Assembly: GCF_000400465.1 (NCBI RefSeq)
Contig: NW_008806275.1
Coordinates: 145,280 to 177,279, forward strand
Direction: 5' to 3'
Length of the DNA stretch: 32,000 nucleotides
DNA from: Wallemia ichthyophaga EXF-994
Lineage: Eukaryota; Fungi; Basidiomycota
Part shown: piece by piece, positions 1 to 11,561 of the stretch
Layout of the letters: every line of letters begins with the position of its first letter
How positions within the stretch are numbered: position 1 is the first letter of the stretch
The notes under the pieces: model-generated
Seen by the model: only the letters and a program-made list of their open reading frames with translations
What the model was told of the DNA's origin: nothing
Databases searched by the model: none
Made by a program: the position numbers and the translations under genes

Positions 1-182
1 TGCATGACATTCCAATTTGCAAATCATTCGCAAATGTTTCTTCATCATATCACATCCGAATTCTCATTAACCCTCAACAATCACATCTTAATATCCTCAC
101 TTGTCATCACACTGTCACTGCCATTGTCACCGCCTCATCGTTTCACAAACAATATGTATTGATGTAATTGGTATAATACATT

Positions 183-1313
183 CTAAATAATGTGAATAGA
201 AGTGTATAAATGCCTAGAACAAAACCTCTCTAAAGCTCTGCTGTCAAAGAGCGGATTTCTGATCAAAGTCAAACTTTTGAGAGCAGGAAGGGCAGTATCC
301 AAGTAGCCATCATTAAAAGCCCTCATAAATCCCCTAATCTTTGAGCTATTGTGGTAATCCCGATAATCTAAAATAATCATACCGGCATTGTTCATTCTAG
401 CCATGCTCTCGATATCCGTTATGAGAGGAATAAGTGGATCTAGTATCAGATGCTCCATTCTGAAGGATACATATTCTAGTTGCGAAATGAAGGGATTATT
501 GTAATCGACTAGAACATTTGCATCGGTCACATCTATGGACATGAGTTCTGGTAGTGATATATCCCGCAAATCAATCATGATATTTTTAAGATATAATTGA
601 TTCAAAGATGCCAAACAAGCTGGCAAAGAAAACGAATTTCTGAGAGGGAATGTTACTTTGTTTGGTACGACATTGCAAGACAAATCTAATTGCTTAAGTC
701 TCGGTGCTCGTGACACAAAATCGTTGATGCCTGCAGTCAGGGCCTCATGGTCACCCTTAATCTCCACCTCATCAAGCATTAGAAAATTGCCATCAGTGTT
801 CATTATAGGGTGTATGTTTATCATAAGAACATATTCCAAATTCTCCCGAGTATCAATTGAAATTGAGCTCAGGTCGAAGAAATAATTTGTGACGATGCTC
901 TCTTCATCTTCAGGCCTGCACCGTATCCGAAGAAATGTTTCGACTAGCAAGTCTGAAGGTAATGAAAGACATTCTGCCTCATCGTGATCCAAGACTAAAT
1001 CCAAATAACAAATGACATTTCTACCAAATGGAATTTGTTTAAAGAGTGCTGCGTTCTTTATCTGGATTTGAAGAAAGTTAATCTTCCTGGATACGTTAAA
1101 GCATTGAGTGAGAATCCTACTGATAATCCCAAGATCGACTTCATCTTCCAATTTAATTACTCGTGAGTAAGTGTAGGCCTTGGATAAAGTTAAACCGTCC
1201 ATCCAATTCCTATTGATCTGAAGAGAAAGACATTCTCCCCCAATGAATAACAGCTCGTTGGCTATAAGAGCAACAAGTTCATGTGGTAGATTAGACGCAT
1301 TTAAGTGCGACAT
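183..1313 (-). CDS. F-box / leucine-rich-repeat-like protein, single exon, ~376 aa
   Basis: The ORF track starts at a TTG (1361); the first in-frame ATG is at 1313. The N-terminus NLPHELVALIANEL fits the F-box LPxE(l)xxxIxxxL pattern. LRR-like segments follow: PRLKQLDLSCN, ASLNQLYLKNI, PELMSIDVTDA, PALKSLTLIRN. Confidence 0.55.
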   Translation of the reverse strand: MSHLNASNLPHELVALIANELLFIGGECLSLQINRNWMDGLTLSKAYTYSRVIKLEDEVDLGIISRILTQCFNVSRKINFLQIQIKNAALFKQIPFGRNVICYLDLVLDHDEAECLSLPSDLLVETFLRIRCRPEDEESIVTNYFFDLSSISIDTRENLEYVLMINIHPIMNTDGNFLMLDEVEIKGDHEALTAGINDFVSRAPRLKQLDLSCNVVPNKVTFPLRNSFSLPACLASLNQLYLKNIMIDLRDISLPELMSIDVTDANVLVDYNNPFISQLEYVSFRMEHLILDPLIPLITDIESMARMNNAGMIILDYRDYHNSSKIRGFMRAFNDGYLDTALPALKSLTLIRNPLFDSRALERFCSRHLYTSIHII

Positions 1314-1581
1314 CCTCGCATGTCGATGATGATGATACGTTTTCGAGAGAGTAGCATCCAAGTAAAAGGGTATGACACCGTAGGTATCAAAGGCGTTAGA
1401 GCATGGCTTCGAGTGTGATTACGGTGCATCAAATCCAGCACAAACATCAAGCTTGCGCTTCCATGTGGGGGAACAAACTGATTAGGATTATTAAAGTGTA
1501 CATATAACATATTATTTCAAAACGATTTTGGTATGGTCTCTGTGTGTGTGATATATGCAATGCATTGGCAGCTGTTTGAAA

Positions 1582-1619
1582 TTTTGTGTTTTGCGTTTTG
1601 CGTTTTGTGTTTGCGTTGC
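1582..1619. repeat. 7-bp tandem repeat TTTTG(T/C)G, about 5 copies (CRCAAA(A) on the minus strand), intergenic
   Basis: Read directly: ttttgtg ttttgcg ttttgcg ttttgtg tttgcg ttgc. It lies about 270 bp upstream of the F-box gene ATG. Confidence 0.85.
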
Positions 1620-2400
1620 AAAGTGCAGATTAGCGACGACGTCCCCCTGAGCCTTTACCTGCGCCGGCATCCATCGACCACGCTTTAGGAACGTCAATGA
1701 TTGCTTTGATGTTTGTGTGCTTCCTCCCGTCGCACTTTCTCATGTCGCTGAAGTATGTCGAGCCGTGTGAGCCTTGTTAGCGGAAAAAGAAGACCGACGC
1801 ACTTTGTACACCAAATATAACTTTCTTCGTTGTACCTGGATAGCCTCTAAGCTAAACACGTAATATCTGTTTACTCAACACACCAATGACTGCAATTTAG
1901 ACTCCTGTTGGTAAATCAAAAAAATCATTGAATCACTACCTACCACTTGTTGCAAATCCACACATTTTTACGTGTTGCACCTGACATTCCTTACCAAGCT
2001 CTACCGTAGTTTCTCCAGAGGCCTATCAGACTATCAGCCAGCTAGAAGTATTTGAGGTGAAACTTTTCATCGACTTATTAGAGCAAGAAAACGACATTGA
2101 TAGCAAAATTGTGAAAAATTAGTACAAATGATCCATTATGAATAGAGGTATGAGTGAAAAGATGAAAATGTTTTTGCTTGTTTGGTATTGTGATTGATTT
2201 GAACGTGTATGTTGATCGTGTATGTTAAATAATGTAACTGATCGTGAAAATCCGTCTATATTTTTGCGTAAATATTTGTGTACTGATTCTGTGATGAATA
2301 TAAATAGTCGTAATAGCAGTATTTATAAACATATGAGCGAATAAGTTAACAGCGTGTTGAATAGAACACGCTTTCCAAGTTGCTTTTTTTTTTTTTTTGC

Positions 2401-4284
2401 TTAGAGCGTGCTTTTTTCGCGAGCAGTAGCGGTGCCTTGATTGATATCCATGTACTGCATAAAGTTGTTCAGCGCCAACTCAGATCTGGTTGAGTAGCTG
2501 TCCATGGTGTATCCAGCACCAGCAGCAGCTGTATAGTTATTCGTACCATTGTAGCTATAGTTGTTTGGAAGGTTAAGTGATTTTAAGTGAGACACTGACG
2601 AGCGTGGAACTAATCTGCTGTAATTCGCGTAGTTGTAGTTGTTCAACAAGTCCATTTGAAGCGGCTCGATTGGAGATGGTTCGGGTGATGTACCAGATTG
2701 AGTAGAGTTGCTTGGTGTCATCGACAATGGTGGTAAATCTGATGCGGATGAAACTAAACGTGAGCTTGTACGAGATGGTGACGAAGAGAGAGATACTCCA
2801 AGTGGACCGCTACTACCAGGAAATAAGGTCGTATGTGATAAGTCGCGATGAGCTTCAGCTCTCAAATGATCCCTATTGAACGCTTCAATAGTCTTGTATC
2901 CACTGATAGGTGAATATTCTGGTAGATCGTTAGTGAATTGTGTAAATTCCGATAATTTTCCTTTGGCAGGAGTAGCTGCAGCAGAGTGAGATGCAGTTGC
3001 ATGTAACTGAGGTGGTGTTGATAAAGGAGCAAATGAAGTATTGGATAATGTTATTTGTGGACGATGAGTGACAGATGCGTAGCTACTGAGACTTTCGGAT
3101 GCGTTTGCACTTCTAGCCAGAGTTGGCGTGTGTTGTAATGTTGGGTTGGCTACTGATGGTCTGAGCAAAGAAGGACTGTAGAGTAGGCTATTTGATCCAG
3201 CCATAGGCTTTGATCCGATAATACCAGCACTAGTTGATCTCTCCAAGCTGCGTTTGTGTTGATGTTTTGGTGTTGCTAAGTTTGAAGAATTGAAAGCTGG
3301 ATGAATGCCAGGTTTCTGTGGATCTTGAGAACGGTCTTGAGAACGGTCTCGAGAACGGTCTTGAGGCTTCGCCGGCATAGCAGGTTGAATAGACGCAGGA
3401 GGCTGGATATTGCGCTTGTTGGCTTGGTTACGTTGATTGCTGCGCTGCTGGCTTCCTTTCTTTGACTTATCCCTATTGTTTCTTCCTGGTTTACCGTCTA
3501 AAGCTTCCATTCCTTGGAATGATCCGGATAGCGCGAAGACACGCATGCCCATATCGAAAGCGGTCTGAACTTCTGGTTCGCAGAGGGCAATTTCCTTTTT
3601 TAAGAAGTGGCGGGGAATTTCGTCTTTGTGATCGCCCTCGTAAACACAAGTATCACGTTTTGCCCAGCTCTGTAAGACGATATTAGTGATGACGTTGAGT
3701 AGACAAGAAATGAACTCACGACCATTTTGCAATTGTTGCAAAACCAATCACCAACTCTCGTCCATTCGACTTTGCTCGTCGCCAAATGTAGTATACAGTG
3801 ATACGCAAAGTGAGAATCGAGGTGCTTGACGTACTCGTCAATAGCCCACATGGTGATAATTTCGCGAGAGGGAGTAACGCCTACAGGGAGTTTGGCTCTG
3901 ACTGGGAAGAATCCGAGTGCGCATTTGTCTGCAGGTATGTCTCTGCCTCTAACGTACGGGATCTTGTTGAAATCATCCATAGAGTGCAGTTCCATATCGG
4001 TGGACGGACGCCCGAGAAACTTGTAAAGGATTAGGCACTCGTAGAACTGCTTTATATGGCCTCGTGAGTTCTTGAACCTGGACATGTCCTTGAAAGTTAC
4101 TTGATCGAATGAATGCTTCGATCTGTTAGCCTGTACTGATTTCGCGAGTTGGTGTATGTCGAGTATATCCTCGCTGTATGGCATTTTATTAGCGTCGTAA
4201 GCACAAGAAACCATTCCTGCGACGGACTCACCGGGGTCTGTCAACTTGCCCACGCACGCCCGCGCTCATCTGAGTGAGTGACAT
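2401..4284 (-). CDS. Uncharacterised 591-aa protein (gene A): unassigned N-terminal domain, degenerate RanBP2-type zinc finger, long Ser/Pro/Gln/Asn-rich tail
   Basis: Exons 4284-4232, 4173-3720 and 3669-2401. Introns 4231-4174 (gtgagt..gctaat..cag, 58 nt) and 3719-3670 (gtgagt..cactaat..cag, 50 nt) keep the frame. The spliced finger reads GDWFCNNCKMVSWAKRDTCVYEG. Confidence 0.8.
3323..3365. repeat. 12-bp coding tandem repeat (tct(t/c)gagaacgg) x3.6, encoding QDRSRDRSQDRSQD in gene A
   Basis: Read directly from the sequence and the translation. Confidence 0.9.
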
Positions 4285-5359
4285 TTCCTATATTGTTTTA
4301 TTTTTACTTGATGATAGTTTAGATCTAAGGAGTTGATGTGCTTATATGGCTATCAGAGACAAAGGATCTTCTTGACATGTGCTCAATTTAGATAATAAAA
4401 AGCACCATTTGTTAGAGCAACTCAGTCAGTTTTTATCCAGGCTATAATATTAACATCTCCTATTCACCAATCGTGAGTAAATTCACTTGGAAACTTAGCG
4501 CGTGCCTGCATATCGACCCGTGACCAGTAGGCGTCTTGGAGCGCTCGGCATTGTACCGGTTAAGTCATTTATGTAATAATAGCAATTGTATTCGTACGAG
4601 CTTGTCTTCCTAACATTCACCTCGTTCACCACGTTCGCGTTAGCCGATAACGAGCGTGGATAAGCGTGGATTGGCGCTTTTTCGGCGATTCTCAAAGGAA
4701 GTAAAATGATTTAGGGGTAATAATACACTTTTTAAAGGCATATGAATCGATTAATACTCAATACACAGCATACTCGTTATCCTCACCCACACTCCACCCC
4801 AGTCTCAGCGAGTGGGGGCTGGTAAATCGGGACAGAAATCCGTGTGCGTTTGTGAGAATACCGCGTATTATGCAAAATGTGATTCCCGTGGGTATCGTAA
4901 TTACTTCCACCTGCATGTGCGTGCGTTAAGACTATTGTAATCCGGGCAGAGACGGCCAACGATATCGAGCGACTGTGGACCGCGATAGATGATAATTGAT
5001 GGGCGTTAAACGGCGTTATAAGGCCACCGTCCCTTGCACCGCTTATACCAACCTCCACATCCTTGCCCTACCACAGCCCATCCTGCTGTCACCCTAAGTC
5101 TGAAACACGGTCCGTGCCTTAATTGCCGGCGTATGACACAGTTGACGCATTTTGATTTGCACACCACTGCTGCAAATTATGCACAGAAACCGTTCCCGTC
5201 ACGATATCCACCTCGGCAGTTACCAGTTACAAACCGCAGCCAACGCCCCAACGCCAAATTACAGCGAATATGTATAAATAGGATCTTTACAAATTAAAAT
5301 TGATTTTGATAAACTATAACATGAGAGTGTTGATGTGTTGGGTGAGCTGAGTTTTCACT

Positions 5360-6931
5360 TCAGTTCAAGCAAAACTCCACGAGTGCTGTTGACGCTTTAA
5401 ATAAAGCATCCTCGACGTCTTGCTCCGATGGTGAGGTTGGTATATCCTTGGTATGTTTGTTTGTGATGTTCTTGCCGACCGCGTTCTCGTTGTTGTTGAA
5501 TGGATCAAACTTGTTTGGAGACGACTCAGCTGATTGCGGTGGAGAAGGCAAGTTGGCGGTAAAGTTTGTCTGGTATGGGTTCGCTGTCTTTGCCTTTGGT
5601 CTGCCAATAGGCTGGATACCGGATCCTGAGCCCGACGATCTACGTTCAACTGGCTGGGCGTCAGCGTGCAGATCTGCAAGTGTGAAGTTGTCTGAGGTGG
5701 TCGAGATGGGTGACGAGATGGGAGTGAGCAGACCGGTCGACTTGAGGGGCGCTGGAGACAGATTGTAATTGTGGTCCTGCTGCGACCATCCCGAGGCAAA
5801 TATTGGCAGCAACGGTGTAGGTGGGTTGCGTCTCGAGTTGTTTGCCCTCGAGCGCTGTCTCGATAGGAATCCGTTATTCTCTGGGAACGTGTTCGATGCG
5901 CTGCCAGTTGGCATCCACGTGGTGTCGAAGCTTGTAGACGTTGGGAGGGGCGACGTGGACAAACGTGGTGCTGCTTTTGCCTTGTTTGAATGTGCTTGAG
6001 CGTGTGCGCTAGCTGGGTTCGATCCCACTCCGCTCCCGGTCGATCCAGTTGACGAGCGAGACGACGAGCGCATTGGCAGCGGTGCAGACTGTGGCATCTG
6101 TGCAGAGACGCCGGACTGCACCTTGGCTGGCGTGATTGGAATCCTCTTCTTGTCCGCTTCTGGGGAGCGTCTCGATGCTGCAGTGCCTGTCTCTATCTTT
6201 TCTCCACCCGAAATGAGCATTACCGTTTCACTCTTTGCGAAAGCATCTAATGCCTCGACACAAAGAGCATTTCGCAACGCCACTCTCACCGGTGGCTGCT
6301 GAGGGCGAGCTGTTTGAACCGATGACTTGTTAACAGGATCATTTCCGCTGGCTCCACACTCGCGGCATTCGTTCTTTGATGCCCAGCATAAAAAGCGGCA
6401 TTCTGAACAAACCCAGTCTCCCATTTCGTACCAGTGCTCAATACCCTGAAGATGTCACGTCAGCATGCTACTTTCCAGCACGCTGGTACTCACAATATCT
6501 GGTCGTCCAATCTTGCATAAATGATCCTCGAGCACGGGTGCCTTGTTGCCTACGCCTCCCTGTGGCAGCTTGAGGCCAGTCTTGCAGATCTCCTCTGCGT
6601 CCCACTCCTTGTCGGCTGGAAGGTGCAGCCATATAGGCATGAATGCTATCCTCGACATGCCCGACTCAAGATCCAGTCCAGGCAGTGTAGCAAGCTCGCT
6701 GACGTGCTGGAACATTTTACATCCAACTGGTGGGCCTAGGAATTGAAGCAGACCTAATACTTTCTTCCTTGGTATCATTTCTTCATTTGTTTGTGCTTGG
6801 GGAGCGTGTTGAGAATGTTGTGTGGTTTGAGTGCGTTGTTTTTGTTGTTGTTGTTGTTGTTGTGGGGTATCTGCATTGCGTCTCATTAGCTCTAGTACCA
6901 TACTCTCTCTACCCTTCCACTCACCAGTCAT
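5360..6931 (-). CDS. Uncharacterised 489-aa protein (gene B): polyQ, unassigned domain, RanBP2-type zinc finger, Ser/Pro-rich tail; probable paralog of gene A
   Basis: Exons 6931-6925 (ATGACTG), 6870-6494 and 6445-5360. Introns 6924-6871 (54 nt) and 6493-6446 (48 nt) have gtgagt donors and cag acceptors and join track ORFs 6455..6931 and 5360..6424. The finger GDWVCSECRFLCWASKNECRECG matches W-x-C-x2-C-x10-C-x2-C. Confidence 0.8.
6842..6862. repeat. (TTG)7 microsatellite encoding Gln7 in gene B
   Basis: Read directly. Confidence 0.9.
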
Positions 6932-7476
6932 TGAATCCAGAGTGTTTAATAAATCATAAGAAGAGAAAGATTCCTTATCCTATACAAGAGCTGTTAGCGC
7001 ATGCTCTAATCAGGAATTGCTATGTCAACCAAAACTCGCGTTTGACATTGACAGCTTCCGCTAAATTGCCTGTCTCACATTTTGTAAACTTAAAATTGTC
7101 TTGTAGAACTTCTTAAATTGCTCAAATGATTCTAACTCGTTCATCCGTGTTGTTATTATGTAGAGAGAGATATAATTTCAAGTCCGTTGTCGTTGTGTTG
7201 TGTGTTTGGCGAGCTTGCGGGGCTATTTAGAGCTTGATGCGCTGAATTAAATTAAACTGTGAAGTAAGTGATCAAGCTTGTAAATAATTCAATTTAAATA
7301 ATATCTCCATCTTCATTCCAACCCTCATTCATAACTCGCTGAGCTCGTACTAAAAGCACACGCCAAGTAATATTCAAACATACCTAACAAGATGATATTC
7401 AAAAACATTCAAATACTTTGGTAATTGCGTACGTGAAAATCATATTCATCTTTATTAAAATCTTTTAAAGTTCATT

Positions 7477-10400
7477 CTACGCCGACTTCTTCTCTAATCT
7501 GCGCTTCTCCCTTCTCTCACTAAATATCACGTTACTGTTAGCACTTCCTACATTCCTCGGAAGAAAATATCAACTCACGATCCTCTTGTCACTAACTCCG
7601 GTGGGTTGAGGTTAGCAAATAGTTTTTTACATCCTATTTCTACTGCATAACAAAGCGTAAAGTCGAGGACCATAGATCCACACAATCTAAGTTGGAATCC
7701 GTACGTCATCTCCACTATCTGCAACCATCTGTTCATCTCTGGTATGAAGTCTGTTGCTCCGCAGAATGAAACTGCACTGGCTCCCATTAATCCATAAAGC
7801 AATGGTGGATTTTCTCTCAGCGATTCTCTGAATGGTCTACCTTGATAGTTAATGGCGAATGTGCTGACTTGTTGCGACAATCCAAGAAGGTAAATCGCGG
7901 TATTCAATAACGTTGGCTTGAACTCCGCATCAAGGTCGATTGGACCGCGGCTATCATGAATGATTAGACTAAACGGATTCTATCACCTTCTTACTCACTT
8001 TTCCAATGTGTTTGAAAGGTCTGTAATGTAAACCATGAAGAATATGTGGATGGCGAATTGAAGCAAAACGGAGAGAAGTATGTAAAAGTTAAAGATGTTA
8101 GTTAAAGGTCTCTCCTTAGAGAGCTTCTCAATTGGCTGTTGTATTTGTCAGTATATTATCCTATTTCCATTTGCAATCTCACCTTGGCCTTGGATATACA
8201 TAAGAAACAAACAGACATGAGCATACCAGAGATAGTCAACTGGTAATCACCTGCTTTGATACCGTCGAGATACTGCACTGAGAGAGTATACGCGGTAATA
8301 AGGCAATTGAGAGCCAAGATCTTGTACATCTGTGTAGTAGCAACCAAAGTACATCTGCCCTGTCTGATAATATTGGCAATGGCACTAACATTGGAGAGCT
8401 TGCTAGTGAATGGAGCTGCGCAGCTGGCATCACCCAATTTGATCTGTGGTGGTTCGTTATCGTCCTCCATATCAGCCATTTTTTCAGTAATTTGAGACAT
8501 GTTGAATTGTTGTGGCTGGGTCTGAGTTTGTCTACTAACGCTGTGTTGAGCAGCTGCTGTTCTCTGTGCGTTGACCATGTCCGGATATAAATGAGCAATA
8601 GGCTTAGGTACCGGTGGAGGAGGCTGGTTGAACCTTTGAGAGAATTTCAGTTGCTGTTCGTAAACCTTCTTAAATCTATCAATCCTGGCGTGCTCTGCAA
8701 TCTTCTTCAAGTCGTCTTCCGTTCCTTGGAGGAGCGCAACACCGATTCTGGCTTGCTTAAGTGCACCAACGTCGTTAGTTCCATCTCCAGCCATCAGCGT
8801 GGTGTAGCCAAGTGATTTGAATGTAGTAAGAATTGATTCTTTTTGCGTAGGACTGACTCTGGCGTAAACCCATGTGTGCTGGATAAGTGCGTGCCAATTC
8901 TCTGTTTTCTTCTCTATTTGACGAAGTGCTGCACCTGTCATACAGATGTCGTGGTCTCTAAGAATTGTCTCGTTAATTGGCTGTGCAGGGTCGACTGGGA
9001 TGATTGTCTTTTCATCGACGGATCTGAGCATTCACATTAGTATTTGTAACGAGTTGAATATTGAAACGTACCTGAACACCAATTCGCTCTCATCTTTAGC
9101 ACCCTCAGCAACGTCAAGAATTAAAGCATCTCTGTCAACAATCTCAACGTCATTGGCAACGTGAAGAGCAGTGAGAGGGTTATCACCAGTAATCATGATG
9201 CTTCTGTGTGACGAATCGTTGAGCATCTTGAGAGTTGCGACAGCGTCAGGCTTAAGTGGACAATGGAAGACGAGGAAACCGGCAAAATGCAAATCAGACT
9301 CAACATCACTACGTTGGAGATTAGGTATCTTTACGACTAGTCAGCGCAATCAAACAAAAGCAAATTAAGATCTCACCTCGGTGTTGCTTGCTTTGATATC
9401 CTTCCAAGCTAAAGCAAGTACACGGCTACCTTTTCTTGTGAACCACTTGTAAGTTTCTTCATAACCTTGTGGGAGATCTTTGATCATACTCTTGATAGTT
9501 TCAGGGGCACCCTTCACGCTAACAAAGGTACGCTTCTGACCTTGGCCATCGACAATGTTGTTGACAGTGGACATTCTCTTTAAAGCAGAGCTGAATTGGA
9601 ATTTTCTTCTAATGTTGATAACGTGCTTGTGGTTAGCTGACTTGTTGGCAGGGGCCACTGTGTCAGCTTTGCCCAACTTCCAATCCAAGGCTTCGAGAGT
9701 GGTTTTCTCCATAGGATCACCAACAACGTCGCCCTCATCGAGCAGTACCAAAGCGTGTGATGAGGCGAGCGTCAAAGTGGTTTCCTTAGGCGTGGTTTGT
9801 AGTGGTAACAAATCTTTTGGATCTTTTGCGATTCCGGCAACACCTTCAACTACCAAATCCTCTCCTGTGATGGTACCAGTCTTGTCGAAACAACACACAT
9901 CAACTCTACCTGCAAAAGGAATTCTAAAAGGCTCTGTGCAGAAGATGGCGAATTTGGACAAAGCAACTAATGAAGCGTTGACAGCTAGTGAAAGTTCCAT
10001 TGGCAATTCAGGTGGGACAACAGAGGTGATGATCAAGATGCAATCCAAAATAAGCTTACTTTTCTTAAGACCACGTTCGTTTCCTTTAATCCATACATAT
10101 GCTGAAGCGGCGATGGCGAAAATGAGCAAGAATCCAATAAAGAGGAAGCTCTCCAAGTTGTTAGCAGAGACCTTTTCAGAAGAAAATAACATAGTACGGA
10201 TGAGTTGACCTTGGGAAGTACCGAAGCCAGTCTTAAGGACGATAGCTAATGCCTTACCATCTGGAGTTAGTAGACCATTGTGAGCCGAAACATCTTCAGG
10301 AGATGGAGGGTTGGTTTGGAGCACCTTGGTACCACCGAATAGAACATGAAGGTTTTTATCGTTGCCGTCGACATCAGAGACTTCATCGTCAGATCTAGAC

Positions 10401-11335
10401 TCAATTGATTCTTTTAGTAGGGGAGTTGATTCACCGGACAGCATCGCTTCGTTAACAATTGCGGAGCCTCTAAGTAAGAGAAGATCACATGGGAGAGCGA
10501 GGCTTTCACCAGTGCGATCTATAGAGACGACGTCACCTGGAACTAGCTCTTCAGAGCTGAGATTGACCCATTTTGAGTTTCTGTAAACGGGCATAGTGTA
10601 AGGAGAGATGGACATTGTTCTGAATTCGTTGAGGGTTCTGAGACGTTGCCAAACGACAGTACATTCAAAGACGACCAACATGAAGCCTGTGAAGAGGGAG
10701 TACCAGAAGTATTCATCCATGCACCATAAAGCGACGCAGAACATTTGAAAAACGAAGAAAGGAGCGACGGCATGTTCAGCGAAGAGTGATAAAAAGGTTG
10801 GAACGGGGATGTTGTAGATGTTTTTACCGAATTTTTCGACCAAGTTATCAACTTGACTTGTCGATAAGCCATTAGAGTGCTTGAAAGTAGAAAGGGAAGG
10901 TTTATCATCGCAAGGGAAGGGCAAGCGAGTGAAAGCCTCACCATTGTAGATATACTTATCAGATTGGTAAATAAAGTGAAAAGTTTTGTTGTGATGATAT
11001 AAAGTAACTAATTCAGGTTCACCGCGATGTTCAACGGGGTTAACGCATACTAAAGAAGCAGATTGTAAGTTATTTGCTTTATAACATTCAGTGAGTGTAC
11101 GCCATGACATTCCCCATCTGCCACCTAACCAACATAAAGCTTGACCACCGAAAACGAATAAGCAAGCCATCAAGGAATATTCCTCTGAAACAAGATAATA
11201 CTCATATTCAAAGTAATAAGCGTAGAATAAGAAAGGGTAGAAAGCGAACCATAAGAAGTAAATACGTAAGAAGATTGGTAGACTGTTATGTAAGCTTATG
11301 CTTGAAATTGATTGAGAATTAATTTTAACTGCCAT
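7477..11335 (-). CDS. SPF1: P5A-type ATPase (Spf1/ATP13A1), 1,202 aa, 6 exons
   Basis: Motifs present: SGES (A domain), the P5A TM4 signature VPPELPMEL, phosphorylation site DKTGT, KGAPE, ITGDN and GDGTND. Introns at 9376-9329, 9071-9024, 8182-8136, 7998-7951 and 7578-7520 give one open frame from the ATG at 11335 to a TAG ending at 7477 (…TRGSERREKRRLEKKSA*). Confidence 0.96.
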
Positions 11336-11410
11336 CGCTCGATTTATAGATTTTGTTGATGGCAGCAAACTTCAAAGGGAATTTGGCTTCCTTCTTCAAT
11401 AAAAACATCG
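11336..11410. promoter_or_regulatory. 75-bp divergent intergenic region between the SPF1 ATG and the next gene (candidate bidirectional promoter)
   Basis: Head-to-head ATGs at 11335 (-) and 11411 (+). Promoter function is inferred, not shown. Confidence 0.5.
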
Positions 11411-11529
11411 ATGAGCAGCGCAGGACATAAAACATTTGATGAAAGTGATTTAGTGGATAGTGTAGATGCTACAGTTGCCACAGATGCCTTCACTCCCTCT
11501 GTTAAGCCAGTTTATAATTCTAGCAGCAG

Positions 11530-11561
<32 letters not shown>

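Noticed and set aside
1-162. Open plus-strand frame from the window start to a TGA ending at 162
   Set aside because: Too short and without motifs; it cannot be told apart from non-coding sequence without upstream context.
1700-2130. Possible small spliced plus-strand gene (acceptor-like site near 2000 followed by a ~40-codon frame STVVSPEAYQ…KIVKN*)
   Set aside because: I could not assemble an ATG-initiated, frame-consistent model with introns in the 42-59-nt range.
5090-5100. ACCCTAA, a possible telomerase-RNA template fragment
   Set aside because: Only 7 nt, which is expected by chance, and no supporting structure was recognised.
8440-8720. Long Gln/Pro-rich insertion in the SPF1 P-domain, and QARIG in place of QAH(V/I)G
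   Set aside because: An insertion between GDGTND and LGDASxAAPFTSK is a standard P5A feature, and a single substitution is not interpretable without an alignment.
9555-10208. 217-aa plus-strand ORF, and many other 60-170-aa ORFs overlapping larger genes (e.g. 12818..13273, 14945..15427, 21947..22468)
   Set aside because: They are antisense or alternate-frame shadows of well-supported genes, with no motifs, and they mirror low-complexity codon usage.
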